From the IMG/VR virus record IMGVR_UViG_3300046694_000619: a stretch of 64,000 bases of DNA; one strand, written 5' to 3'. Shown one piece after another: positions 11,167-21,112 of the stretch; position 1 is the stretch's first letter; every line of letters starts with the position of its first letter. The notes below the pieces were generated by a model. It had not been told where the DNA came from. It saw only the letters and a program-made list of their open reading frames with translations, and did not search any database. The position numbers and the translations under genes are program-made. The stretch comes from a virus (taxonomy: Duplodnaviria; Caudoviricetes).

Positions 11167-11556
11167 TCAGACTTCCTGTGCGGGTTGTTCTTTGGCGGCA
11201 GCTTCACGGCGCGCCGCCTTTGCGCGATTCACGGCTTCCTGCGCCGCTGCGCGGTCTTCTTTCATTGCTACAGCCAGCTCCAGCTCGGAAATGGGCGTGA
11301 AGCGCGAGGCCCACATCACGGCCGGCCGTGCCCACGGGATGTCAGCCGTTTCGAACGGCCAGACATGCTCGTACAGATACAGCAGGCTCTCGTCTTCGGT
11401 GTGCCGCGCCGGGCTGATGAAGCGGTAGATGCCCCCATCCGTGTGACGAACAAGCTGTCCCCGCTCGAGCGGCTTGAAGTACCGCGCCGTGACTGTCGGG
11501 GTAAAAATGAGTTCGCCGATAGCGGCACTCAGGTCGGTGTTATAGGGTGCGTCCAT
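11167..11556 (-). CDS. DUF1653-like protein
   Basis: RH.DGGIYR...ARHTED...YLYEH...WARP...RF pattern. Confidence 0.75.
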   Translation of the reverse strand: MDAPYNTDLSAAIGELIFTPTVTARYFKPLERGQLVRHTDGGIYRFISPARHTEDESLLYLYEHVWPFETADIPWARPAVMWASRFTPISELELAVAMKEDRAAAQEAVNRAKAARREAAAKEQPAQEV

Positions 11557-11559
11557 GAA

Positions 11560-11946
11560 TCACTCATCGTTTGTGTCTTCGGTGTCGTCCGAGCCCAGCA
11601 GCTCCCCATCCTGACCGGTCACCATCTCGCCACCTTTGACGCTTTGCCACGGACGATGCGCGTGCAGGGAGCAACTCTTCACGCCGCAGTCGCGCACGCG
11701 GAATTTCGCGCCCGGGTCGGCATCCGCGCCCACGCACGTCCAGCAGAACGCCTTGATGGCCGCCTTCAGCGAATTCGGGTTCGCCTCCGCCTGCTCGACG
11801 GGATTGCGGTGCACTGGCTTCCAGCCGGCGGCCCGCAGCTCACGCATACGCTCCTGGCCCTTCGCAAGCTGGGCGCGCAGTTGGGCCTTGCGGTCTGAGG
11901 CTTCCGCCGACTCGTTGGTCGCAGGAATGTTGTTGATGTCAGTCAT
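11560..11946 (-). CDS. Hypothetical Cys-rich (metal-binding) protein
   Basis: AIKAFCWTC...VRDC...CSLHAHRP. Confidence 0.65.
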   Translation of the reverse strand: MTDINNIPATNESAEASDRKAQLRAQLAKGQERMRELRAAGWKPVHRNPVEQAEANPNSLKAAIKAFCWTCVGADADPGAKFRVRDCGVKSCSLHAHRPWQSVKGGEMVTGQDGELLGSDDTEDTNDE

Positions 11947-11957
11947 TTCTGTTTTGG

Positions 11958-12836
11958 TTACTCGCTGTTTTTGGTTTTCAGGTCCAACATGGACATCCCG
12001 GTGCCGGGAAGAGCGAACACAAGCTTGTGATACTCGTCTACGAACACCGTCTTGCGCTGTTCTTTAGCGCGGCGCGCGGCCTTTGCATTCGTGATGGCGG
12101 CTTGCGCCTCCGCTCGAGGCTGCTGCTGTGCTTCGCGCAGGTCGTTGTTCGTTATTGGCGTGAACCGGCTCGGCCACTCTTGCGCGGGGCGCGCCCACAC
12201 CTGACCGGTCGCAAACGGCCAGACGTGCTCGTAGATGACGAGCTCGCCTTGGTCTTCCGTGTGGTGCGCGGTGGAGTGGTAGCGATAGATGCCGCCATCC
12301 TGATGGCGCACCAGTTGCCCCGGCACCAACCTGGCTGTCTCAACGCGTGCAAATTTCTCGACGCGTTGCAGTCTCGTGCCCGCAGGCAGCTCACCAAGGT
12401 CGACATCACCCATCATCTGCATGACGCCACAGAATCCGGCGTTCAGTTCCGCACCTTGTTGCAGCCAATCCAGCAAGCCAGGCAAAGTCCGCGTCACATG
12501 CCACAGGTCGTCGACCAGCACAAAAGTCGTCGCTGAAATGGCGAACAGGTGGGGCAGTTTCTCGATGTCGACGGGCTGTTTAGGGTGGTCCAGTTCATAA
12601 ACGGTCAACGGCAGACTTCCGAAACGCTCGACAGCAATGGCCCGCGTATAGTCCACGGTTACAACCGTGCCACCGAGCGCGCGAGCGAGATGCCGGTATG
12701 AGCGGCTACCGTCGAAAACCAGCGCCGTGTTGCCGTCGGCCAGACTATTCATCAGCCGTTGCGCAGCGAAAAGATGCTTGCCAGAGCCCGAGGGGCCGAC
12801 AATGAGGAGGTTTTCTTGTGGGTTTGTGTAAAGCAT
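11958..12836 (-). CDS. VirB4/TraC-like P-loop fragment fused to a DUF1653-like domain
   Basis: Walker A GPSGSGK, VFDGSRSY..L...LGG; C-terminal half similar to 11167-11556. Confidence 0.6.
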   Translation of the reverse strand: MLYTNPQENLLIVGPSGSGKHLFAAQRLMNSLADGNTALVFDGSRSYRHLARALGGTVVTVDYTRAIAVERFGSLPLTVYELDHPKQPVDIEKLPHLFAISATTFVLVDDLWHVTRTLPGLLDWLQQGAELNAGFCGVMQMMGDVDLGELPAGTRLQRVEKFARVETARLVPGQLVRHQDGGIYRYHSTAHHTEDQGELVIYEHVWPFATGQVWARPAQEWPSRFTPITNNDLREAQQQPRAEAQAAITNAKAARRAKEQRKTVFVDEYHKLVFALPGTGMSMLDLKTKNSE

Positions 12837-12847
12837 GTCTGATTCCT

Positions 12848-13366
12848 TCAGTCAGGTATCCGGCTCGCGAGCTTTTCTTTTTTGCCGAAAATGGCACATC
12901 CCAGCAGACGCCAGTCGCGCTCGCGAAGAGCACGAAACAGCGCGGCGCCACGCAGCTGGTTGACTACCCACGGGTTGGGCTCCAGCACGTCGGTGCCGAC
13001 AAGCAGCAACGGGCGATTGAGCCAGGCAGCCAGGAAGAGGCCGACACCGACCGAGCGCGAGGCGCCAGCTTCGCAATGGACCATCAAAGGGGCGTCTTTA
13101 TGTTTCGCGCCGAATTCGAGCGCCGCTTTCGCGTGCTCGCGCGACATCACCGTGAAGTTGCCGCCAACCTGGTCCGTGTCATGGAAGCCCAGGCGCAAAA
13201 TGTCGGCGTAACCCTCGAGCGTCGGCTGCGACTGGCGCGGGTTCGTGATGGAAATGCAAACCTCGCCGGCGAGCGGTGTACGGTTGACGGCGGCGCGGCG
13301 CGGCAGTACCCGAACGAGACGTTGCTCTCGCTCAGGGGTGGAATCGTGTGAATCGTTAAATCGCAT
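12848..13366 (-). CDS. Predicted protein-tyrosine/dual-specificity phosphatase
   Basis: VHCEAGASRS CX5R motif, LGFHD, PN..V. Confidence 0.85.
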   Translation of the reverse strand: MRFNDSHDSTPEREQRLVRVLPRRAAVNRTPLAGEVCISITNPRQSQPTLEGYADILRLGFHDTDQVGGNFTVMSREHAKAALEFGAKHKDAPLMVHCEAGASRSVGVGLFLAAWLNRPLLLVGTDVLEPNPWVVNQLRGAALFRALRERDWRLLGCAIFGKKEKLASRIPD

Positions 13367-13413
13367 CTTCGTTTCGCAAACAAACGGCTCACGAGGAGCC
13401 GTTTTGAGGTGAA

Positions 13414-13953
13414 TCAGGTACGCGGATGGCCAAACTTGGCCGCTTCAGTTTCAATCCAGTTGCGGGCTTCCTCGACCGTCTCGACATACCGGAATCCAGC
13501 CGTACGCCCCGTTTCCTTTGCGACAACAACGCAATGGATGGTGCCGGGCTCAACGGTCTGGCGGTCGTCGTGGCGATAGTCTGGGCCGTAGTCCAGGTAG
13601 TGCCCGGCACACAGCGTCTTGCCGTGCCGTGTACTGCTGCGCGGCCAGTACCAGCCACGCGCCGTGGAAGCACCTTTGGGCTCGTCCCAAATCTTGTTCG
13701 TCTCATAGACCGACGAACGCGTCGCCGACGTCAACAGGTCCTGCTTTTCGCGTTCGGCCTTCATGACCGGATGCGACGTTGTCGCCACAAGGTACGTGTC
13801 GAGCGTTCCAACCTGGTTGGGGTTGCGAATGGACACAACATTGTTCGGATACAGTTCGTTGTCGATGAGCCAGTCCAGCTCGGCATCCGACATCACGGCT
13901 GCGCTTCCTGCGATAACTTCGGCAATCTTGCTGCGGGCGATATTCGTGTTCAT
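13414..13953 (-). CDS. Hypothetical protein
   Basis: ORF with GGAG RBS, in operon after parE. Confidence 0.55.
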   Translation of the reverse strand: MNTNIARSKIAEVIAGSAAVMSDAELDWLIDNELYPNNVVSIRNPNQVGTLDTYLVATTSHPVMKAEREKQDLLTSATRSSVYETNKIWDEPKGASTARGWYWPRSSTRHGKTLCAGHYLDYGPDYRHDDRQTVEPGTIHCVVVAKETGRTAGFRYVETVEEARNWIETEAAKFGHPRT

Positions 13954-14000
13954 GGTTTCCACTCCGTGGTTAGTTGGCCTGTATCCGTATAGGAAAGGCA

Positions 14001-15971
14001 TCACACGTCGAGGTCCGCTTCCTTGCCGCGCACTTCCAGCCAGGAGCGCCGCGCGCTCGCTTCGCCCTTGCCCATCAGCAGCGTGAAAATGCGATTTACG
14101 TCCTTCATCTCGCCGACCGTGACCGGCAACAGCAAACGCGTATCCGGACTGAGCACGGTGTCTTTCAGCTGGTCGGGGTTCATTTCGCCCAGACCCTTGA
14201 AGCGCGACACTGTCAGCTGCTCGAGCCGGAAGCCATCGCGCTGAAGCTGTGCCACGTTGTCATCGCGCTCCTGCTCGGTCAGGCAGTAAATTTTCTGTGC
14301 CGGACGGCCCTTGCCCTTCGACGGCGCATCGACACGGAAGAGCGGCGGCTTGGCGATGAACACATGCCCGCGCGTCACGAGCTGCGGGAAGTGGCGGTAA
14401 AAGAGCGTGAGCAGTAGCGTCTGGATGTGCGAGCCGTCAACGTCAGCGTCCGAGAGGATGATGACCTTCCCGTAACGCAGGTTGTCCAGCACGCTCGCCG
14501 GCGCTTCGACGTCATGCGGGTCGATACCGAGCGCGACGGAAATGTCGTGCACTTCGTTGTTCTCGAACAGGCGGTCGCGCTCGGTCTCCCACGTGTTGAG
14601 CACCTTCCCGCGCAGCGGCAGGATGGCCTGATACACCCGGTCGCGAGCCACCTTGCAGCCGCCGCCGGCCGAGTCGCCTTCCACGAGGAACAGTTCGTTG
14701 CGCGTGATGTCAGTCAGCTGACAATCGGTAAGCTTTCCGGGCAGGGTTGCCACGCCGGAGCTCTTGCGCTTCTCGACGACCTTGCCGCTACGCAAGCGCG
14801 CAGTCGCCTGCTTGATGACGAGTTCGGCAATCTTCTTACCCGAATCCGGATTGGCCAAAAGCCACTGCATGAAGGGGTCTTTCACGACGGAAGACACGAC
14901 GCGCACAACTTCGCGGCTCGTGAGCTTGTCCTTTGTCTGACCCTGGAACTGGGTGTTGACGATGTGGGCCGACAGCACGAAGTGCGCGCGGCTCCAGACA
15001 TCTTCAGCCTGCAGTGTGATGCCGCGGGGAAGCAGGGCGTGATGCTCGCAGTAGTCACGCATCGCCTCAAAGAGCCCCGTGCGCATGCCCGCTTCGTGGG
15101 TGCCGCCAAGCGGAGTAGGGATAAGGTTCACGTACGACTCGCCCTTGCCCGCTTCCGTGGTCCAGGCCACGGCCCACGCGGCACCATCGCCCGCGACCAC
15201 GTCTTCGCCGTCGGCTACCTTCAGGTGGCCTTCGCCCTTGAAAATATCGCCGACCTGCTCGAGGCCTTCCATGCGCTCTTTCAGATACGCTTTCAGCCCT
15301 TCCTGATAGCACCAAGTCTGTTCTGCGCCCGTGACCTCATTGACGTAGGAGACCGTGATGCCCGGCAGCAACATCGCCTTCGCGCGCAGCAGGTGTTCCA
15401 GCTTCGCGAGCGGGAGATTCCCGGTGTCGAAGTGCTTTGCGTCGGGCCAGAAGCGAACCTTCGTGCCGGACGTGCGAGGTCCGCACTCGCCGATTTGCTC
15501 GACAGGCGAAATCTCGCGGTCGCCTTCGACGAAGCTCACCTTGTAGACCTTTCCTTCGCGCTTCACCTCGACTTCGAGCTTGTGCGAAAGGGCGTTCGTC
15601 ACCGAGACGCCGACACCATGAAGGCCACCCGAGCGAGCGTAGCTATTGCCCTTGCGGAACTTCGCGCCTGCGTGCAGCTTGGTGAATGCGAGGACCACCG
15701 CCGGGATGCCCAGCTTGGGGTGCAATCCCACCGGGATACCCCGGCCGTTATCGGCCACAGAAATGGACCCATCCTTATGCACCGTCAGGGACACCTTGGA
15801 GGCATGGCCGTTCTGGGCCTCATCGACGGCGTTGTCGAGCACCTCCTGGGTGATGTGCAGAGGTGATTCCGTGCGGGTGTACATCCCCGGCAGCTTGCGC
15901 ACGGGGTCCAGCCCTTCGAGAACGTCGATGTCGGATGCGTCGTAGACCTTCTGGTCTTCAGTCGTTGCCAT
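14001..15971 (-). CDS. parE: DNA topoisomerase IV subunit B
   Basis: EVLDNAVDE, GLHGVG, EGDSAGG, PLRGK, DADVDG, RFKGLGEM. Confidence 0.93.
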   Translation of the reverse strand: MATTEDQKVYDASDIDVLEGLDPVRKLPGMYTRTESPLHITQEVLDNAVDEAQNGHASKVSLTVHKDGSISVADNGRGIPVGLHPKLGIPAVVLAFTKLHAGAKFRKGNSYARSGGLHGVGVSVTNALSHKLEVEVKREGKVYKVSFVEGDREISPVEQIGECGPRTSGTKVRFWPDAKHFDTGNLPLAKLEHLLRAKAMLLPGITVSYVNEVTGAEQTWCYQEGLKAYLKERMEGLEQVGDIFKGEGHLKVADGEDVVAGDGAAWAVAWTTEAGKGESYVNLIPTPLGGTHEAGMRTGLFEAMRDYCEHHALLPRGITLQAEDVWSRAHFVLSAHIVNTQFQGQTKDKLTSREVVRVVSSVVKDPFMQWLLANPDSGKKIAELVIKQATARLRSGKVVEKRKSSGVATLPGKLTDCQLTDITRNELFLVEGDSAGGGCKVARDRVYQAILPLRGKVLNTWETERDRLFENNEVHDISVALGIDPHDVEAPASVLDNLRYGKVIILSDADVDGSHIQTLLLTLFYRHFPQLVTRGHVFIAKPPLFRVDAPSKGKGRPAQKIYCLTEQERDDNVAQLQRDGFRLEQLTVSRFKGLGEMNPDQLKDTVLSPDTRLLLPVTVGEMKDVNRIFTLLMGKGEASARRSWLEVRGKEADLDV

Positions 15972-16056
15972 AAAACCTTGCTCGGCTATTCGTTGATGAT
16001 GATGACCATGGGGTATAGCGAGATTGAGAGGGGCCGCACCACAGGCGCCCCGCCAA

Positions 16057-16545
16057 TCAATCTGACAACCGCACCAGGTCAGCGACATTGACCATGCGCA
16101 GCGTCAAGCGCCGGGCAGGGTAGAAAATCTGTTTGGTTTGCACGGCATCGTCGACCAGCACGACCTCCGTGTCGTCGAACTCAGGGCTCATCTCGATGAA
16201 GTGCTGAAATCCGAAGTCCTTGCCATGAAACAGCATGCATTCGTTGTCGCTCTCGAAAACCGTGCCCCGGCTCAGGCAGAGATGAAAAAGCTTCTCTGTC
16301 GTGAAGGTGTCCGCCAGGTCGAGCGTCACGCCGAGCGCCCGGTTGAGCCTTGCCTCAAAGAATTCGCGAAACAGTGCGACCCGGTGCTCATCCCATAGCG
16401 CAAAGGAAAAGAGCCGTACCGCCTCCGGCGCTTCGTCTTCGATAAAACCCCGGACAGGCTCCACGTTCACAAGCCGTGCGAGCGCCGCGGCATCGAATTC
16501 GTCGATGACCGTGTCTTCCAGGTCCAGGAACACGACTTTCTTCAT
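16057..16545 (-). CDS. HAD-like hypothetical protein
   Basis: VVFLDLEDTVI and VLVDD motifs. Confidence 0.6.
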   Translation of the reverse strand: MKKVVFLDLEDTVIDEFDAAALARLVNVEPVRGFIEDEAPEAVRLFSFALWDEHRVALFREFFEARLNRALGVTLDLADTFTTEKLFHLCLSRGTVFESDNECMLFHGKDFGFQHFIEMSPEFDDTEVVLVDDAVQTKQIFYPARRLTLRMVNVADLVRLSD

Positions 16546-16677
16546 GGGAGCGAGCAACGCATCAAGTTATTCTGTAATATACCATTTATTGCGCCACCCG
16601 TCAATTTTGGCGGCGTTAAATTGGCATCTGCAATATTGTACGGTATACTTTATGCCTCTCATGTTTTAAGGCTTCGA

Positions 16678-16953
16678 ATGTCCGATTCAGTTTCTCGTGC
16701 TGATGCGACCGCGCGCACCGGCGTGCCTGCTGGTGATGCGCAAGCGATACCCGACCGCGGACCGTGGATGGTGACCGTCTGGCCCGGTCAAAAGGTCGTG
16801 CTGCAGTCGGACGACTTCACGCACGACGTCGCCCTCGAAATTTCGGGCGATTTCGGCTCACACGATGAAAAGCGCGCCTACGCGAAAGCCCTGGCGGACT
16901 GGATGAATTCGAATCTCCCCGCGGCGAGCCGCCGCGCAGCAGCATCAAACTAA
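16678..16953 (+). CDS. Hypothetical protein
   Basis: Short ORF immediately upstream of the glutamate synthase-family gene. Confidence 0.55.
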   Translation: MSDSVSRADATARTGVPAGDAQAIPDRGPWMVTVWPGQKVVLQSDDFTHDVALEISGDFGSHDEKRAYAKALADWMNSNLPAASRRAAASN

Positions 16954-16958
16954 CTACC

Positions 16959-18635
16959 ATGCGCACGCAATATCTGATTCTCGTACCGATTACCGTCATG
17001 TTCAGCCTGCTGCTCGACAGCTGGGCCCTGGGCGCGACGCCGCTCATCTGTGCCGTCATCCCTGGCTGCCTGTTGCTGCTCGGACTGCGCGATGCGATGC
17101 AGACCAAGCACAGTGTGCTGCGAAACTACCCAATCATTGGGCACATCCGCTACATCATGGAAGAGATGCGGCCCGCCATTCGGCAGTACCTCGTCGAGGG
17201 CGACCTCGAGGAAACGCCGTTCAGCCGCTCGCAACGCAGCGTCGTCTATCAGCGCGCAAAGAACACTGTCGATTCGCGTACGTTTGGCACTGAGCTGAAC
17301 GTCAACCAGATTGGCCACGAGTTCCTTGCTCACTCGCTGAGCCCAACGACCATCGCTGACCAGGATTCGGACTTCCGCGTCGTGATTGGTGCGAATCGTG
17401 AGAAGCCGTATGCGATGTCGGTCTTTAACATTTCGGCCATGAGCTTCGGCGCGTTGTCGGCCAATGCCATTCGCGCGCTCAATCGAGGCGCGAAGATGGG
17501 TGGATTTGCGCACGACACGGGAGAAGGCTCCCTCTCGAAGCATCACATTCAGGAGGGTGGAGATACGATTTGGGAAATCGCCTCCGGCTACTTCGGCTGT
17601 CGCACGGCTGAGGGTCGGTTTGACCCGGAAGCGTTCCAGCGGCTCGCGACGCTCGACCAGGTTAAAATGATTGAAATCAAGCTGTCGCAAGGCGCGAAGC
17701 CTGGCCACGGCGGTGTGTTGCCGGCGGCGAAGATTACGCCTGAGATTGCTGAGACGCGTGGCATCCCGATGGGCAAGGATTGCATTTCGCCGTCGGCACA
17801 CCCTGAATTTTCGACGCCTGTCGAAGCGCTTCGCTTCCTGCAGCTGCTTCGTACACTGTCCGGCGGCAAGCCCACGGGCGCGAAACTCTGCATTGGCCAG
17901 CCGCACGAGTGGATGGCGTTCCTCAAGGCAATCCTGCTGACGGGTATCTATCCTGACTTCGTCGTTGTGGATGGCGCAGAAGGCGGTACGGGTGCGGCTC
18001 CGGTCGAATTTGCGGACCACGTCGGCATGCCATTGCAGGAAGGTCTGCAACTGGTGCACAACTCCCTCATCGGCGCCGGATTGCGCGACAAGATTAAGGT
18101 TGGCGCGAGCGGAAAAATCGTCACCGCGTTCGATATTGCGCGAGTGATTGCGCTCGGCGCGGATTACGCAAATAGCGGGAGAGCGATGATGATGTCCATC
18201 GGTTGTATACAATCTAACACCTGCAACAGCAATAAATGTCCTACGGGCGTCGCCACGCAAGACCCGAAACGGCAAGAAGCGCTGGTTGTCCCGGATAAGG
18301 CCGAGCGCGTTTATCACTTCCACCGCAACACACTGCACGCGCTCAAGGAGCTGTTGCAAGCCGCCGGGTTGATGAATCCCGCTGACCTGCGCCTGCATCA
18401 CATCATGCGACGTGTGTCGACGTTCCAGGTCGAGCCGCTTTCGAACCTGCTCGAGCATATTGGACCCGGCTCGCTTGTGGATGGCACCTGTCAAAGCCAA
18501 GCCTATACGAACTGGTGGGCCCAGGCGGATGCACATTCGTTCCAGCATCAGAACGCGCGAGCTGTGGTTGGCAAGCGAGTTATCTGGATGCAGCGCATGA
18601 GCGACCTCGAAGCAAAGCCTGCGGCCGTCGAATAA
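16959..18635 (+). CDS. FMN-binding glutamate synthase family protein
   Basis: ISAMSFGALS, DTGEG, EIKLSQGAKPGHGG, GCIQ..C..N.CPTGVATQ. Confidence 0.92.
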   Translation: MRTQYLILVPITVMFSLLLDSWALGATPLICAVIPGCLLLLGLRDAMQTKHSVLRNYPIIGHIRYIMEEMRPAIRQYLVEGDLEETPFSRSQRSVVYQRAKNTVDSRTFGTELNVNQIGHEFLAHSLSPTTIADQDSDFRVVIGANREKPYAMSVFNISAMSFGALSANAIRALNRGAKMGGFAHDTGEGSLSKHHIQEGGDTIWEIASGYFGCRTAEGRFDPEAFQRLATLDQVKMIEIKLSQGAKPGHGGVLPAAKITPEIAETRGIPMGKDCISPSAHPEFSTPVEALRFLQLLRTLSGGKPTGAKLCIGQPHEWMAFLKAILLTGIYPDFVVVDGAEGGTGAAPVEFADHVGMPLQEGLQLVHNSLIGAGLRDKIKVGASGKIVTAFDIARVIALGADYANSGRAMMMSIGCIQSNTCNSNKCPTGVATQDPKRQEALVVPDKAERVYHFHRNTLHALKELLQAAGLMNPADLRLHHIMRRVSTFQVEPLSNLLEHIGPGSLVDGTCQSQAYTNWWAQADAHSFQHQNARAVVGKRVIWMQRMSDLEAKPAAVE

Positions 18636-18687
18636 CCCCTGAGCCGGGCATACGTCCGGCTCGCTTACCCAATGGGAGCAATACTCA

Positions 18688-18993
18688 ATGATTGACATCA
18701 ATAACTCCGCCGAGCTTCAGGAAAAACTCCTCGCGGCCGACGTAGCACTCATCGACTTCTGGGCGCCGTGGTGCGGCCCGTGCAAGCAGATGATGCCGGC
18801 GCTGGAGTCCCTCCAGGCGAACAACCCGTCTCTCGTCATCGGCAAGGTCAACTGCGACGAGGCCCAGGAGCTCGCGAAGTCGTTCGGCGTGCGCGCCATC
18901 CCGACGCTGGTGCTGCTCAAGAAGGGCCATGTCGCCGGCACGCACGTAGGCGCCCAGTCGCTCGACGCCCTGAACAAGCTTATCAACGGATAA
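18688..18993 (+). CDS. Thioredoxin
   Basis: DFWAPWCGPCK, IPT cis-Pro. Confidence 0.92.
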   Translation: MIDINNSAELQEKLLAADVALIDFWAPWCGPCKQMMPALESLQANNPSLVIGKVNCDEAQELAKSFGVRAIPTLVLLKKGHVAGTHVGAQSLDALNKLING

Positions 18994-18998
18994 CCAGC

Positions 18999-19313
18999 AT
19001 GTTGAAGGTCGAGACACCTGCGCAGCTGAAAAGCCAGGTGCTGTCAGCGAACAAGGCGCTTCTGTTTTTCACGACGCCCGATTGCCCCGACTCGGCTTTC
19101 GTCAAGGAGCGCCTCGATATGGTGAAGGGGCGCAATGGAAGTCTCACTATCGCGAGCGCCGATATGACCCGCGTGCCGGCGCTTGCCCGTGCGCTGAATG
19201 TCACCGAGGCGCCCACGGTTGTGCTCTTCCGGTGGGGCAAACGTATTTCTCATCTGACCGGAAAAGTGAGTGCCCGGGAAATCCAGAATCTGGTCGACAG
19301 CGTGTTCTGGTAG
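18999..19313 (+). CDS. Thioredoxin-like protein (CxxS)
   Basis: FTTPDCPDS, APTVVLF. Confidence 0.75.
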   Translation: MLKVETPAQLKSQVLSANKALLFFTTPDCPDSAFVKERLDMVKGRNGSLTIASADMTRVPALARALNVTEAPTVVLFRWGKRISHLTGKVSAREIQNLVDSVFW

Positions 19314-19369
19314 AACAGACCGTTAGAGTCACATAATCGGTTGAAAGCGGTACTCCGATTCATCAAACT

Positions 19370-19403
19370 AGCCCCTATCGGTCATCGACTTATAGGGGCT
19401 TTT
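19370..19403 (+). terminator. Intrinsic terminator
   Basis: agcccctat...ataggggctttt. Confidence 0.6.
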
Positions 19404-19498
19404 CCATGCCCGGACTTGAGCGCCACAGACCGGCTGCTTACGGTAGAATTTTGGTCAGCTATGCCGTCTAGTGGTCCGTTCACGCCCAAGGTTTCCAA

Positions 19499-21034
19499 AT
19501 GGCTAAAAAGTCGACGCCAACCCCGCCGCCAACCGATAATCCCATCGACGTATCCAACCTGTTAGCGGGTAGGCCCAGGAATGAGCTTTTGTCGGAAGTC
19601 CTTGCCGCTGAGGAGGCGGGTGACGTCGACCTGGCGGCCAAGCACGCAATATCGGCGCTAGCCAGCAAGATGCCTCGCGAAATGGTCGACGTGCTGTTGA
19701 GCATTGTTCATGACATGGCGGTCATCGAGAGCCACTTTTCGCCAGCCGTCAAATCGCTCCTTTGCAAGGCCGCAGATAAGGGCTACCACCTCTATGCCTA
19801 TGCCGCCGCAAATAGCGTCAGGGACGACGCCAAAAACGTTCGGGACTATCGCCGGGCCGAGCGCTACTACAAACTCGCGATGAGCTGTACCGAGGAGCCG
19901 GCGAGGCAGGCGGCGGCGCATGTCAACTACGGCCGTATGGTGCGGGAGGGCCGGGTATCCGATAAACCGGATTTGCCTGCCGCAATTGAAATTTTCGAAG
20001 TTGCTGGCCGGATGGGACTGGTTAAAGGCATGTTCCATGCGGGTGATACGAGTTCCACTCTCGCCCAGGACGGTGACCGGGCGTATGGCGCCCGCGCAGC
20101 CTACTGGTTCAACAAGGCGCTGGAAACAAGGGCCAGCGGCGTCCCAATATTGGACTATGAAAACGACGCGGAACTGGAACGTCAAGTTTACGAAAGCTGC
20201 GTGTTTGAACTGTCTGCCCTGAACATTGATTCATTATTTGACGGAGCCGATGTTGAGGAAGGAATCCGGTGGGCGCGACAACTGGCCGATAGGGGCAGCG
20301 CGCGTGCTCGCCGCAATCTGCAGATTGCTTATGAACGGCACCTGACCGATATGACCACAAAGCCTGCCAAATCTCCGGGCGGGAACTGGAAATCGGTGCT
20401 AGCCCAGATGGATTGGTCGTTCAAGGGAAAACTGCGGACCATTACCGTCCCGGTCGTGCTCAGTGACTCAGATGAAGAGGAGTCGATGCAGGTCGATGTT
20501 CTGACGGTAAACCTGCACAAGGGTAAGCAGATTGATTTGTTCGTTGTGCACGACCCATGTTTGCCTGCGCAAGGCGGATTCGAGTTGCTGTCCACAGTTG
20601 CGCAGGTACTCTCCAAAATCCATCCGGGAGACTTTTTTCTGCTCAGCCGCAAGGCGCTTTTTATAGAGCAGGACGACATGGCGTACACACCTATCTACGT
20701 CAGACACAACGGTCGTGTTCGGCCACAGGCGCTTTGGCTAGGATGCTCGCCAGCCGAAGTGCTTCAACGCGCAAAAGATGGCGTGGAGTTCCTGGACCCA
20801 CGCTTCGGCAATGAAAATTGCATCCTCCCGATTGCCGTAAACACGTTGGACGAAGGCTACGTGGTAGCAACCGATGCCCGACTGGACCTGCCATGGGTCG
20901 GAGTCGGAGAGCCTTGGTGTATGCCGTTCCTGGACCGGAACCAGCTGGCCGGGCTTGGCATCATTTTTGAGGGTGGGCGAGTCCTCATGCTCTCGCAGGA
21001 CGATTGGGAGCGCAAGGTGCGGTGGCCGGAATAG
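19499..21034 (+). CDS. Sel1-like repeat protein
   Basis: Repeats such as AERYYKLA, AAYWFNKA, GIRWARQLADRG. Confidence 0.7.
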   Translation: MAKKSTPTPPPTDNPIDVSNLLAGRPRNELLSEVLAAEEAGDVDLAAKHAISALASKMPREMVDVLLSIVHDMAVIESHFSPAVKSLLCKAADKGYHLYAYAAANSVRDDAKNVRDYRRAERYYKLAMSCTEEPARQAAAHVNYGRMVREGRVSDKPDLPAAIEIFEVAGRMGLVKGMFHAGDTSSTLAQDGDRAYGARAAYWFNKALETRASGVPILDYENDAELERQVYESCVFELSALNIDSLFDGADVEEGIRWARQLADRGSARARRNLQIAYERHLTDMTTKPAKSPGGNWKSVLAQMDWSFKGKLRTITVPVVLSDSDEEESMQVDVLTVNLHKGKQIDLFVVHDPCLPAQGGFELLSTVAQVLSKIHPGDFFLLSRKALFIEQDDMAYTPIYVRHNGRVRPQALWLGCSPAEVLQRAKDGVEFLDPRFGNENCILPIAVNTLDEGYVVATDARLDLPWVGVGEPWCMPFLDRNQLAGLGIIFEGGRVLMLSQDDWERKVRWPE

Positions 21035-21112
21035 TAGGGCGGTCGTACGGGCCAACGAGCCGTAAAAAAGACTCCCGGGTTTCCAGGAGTCTGAAAGGCC
21101 TCGAACGGGAAA

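Noticed and set aside
10201-18701. Long antisense ORFs (10201-11898, 14427-15866, 16950-18701; also 5038-6312 and 59544-60818)
   Set aside because: Shadow frames of well-supported genes in high-GC DNA.
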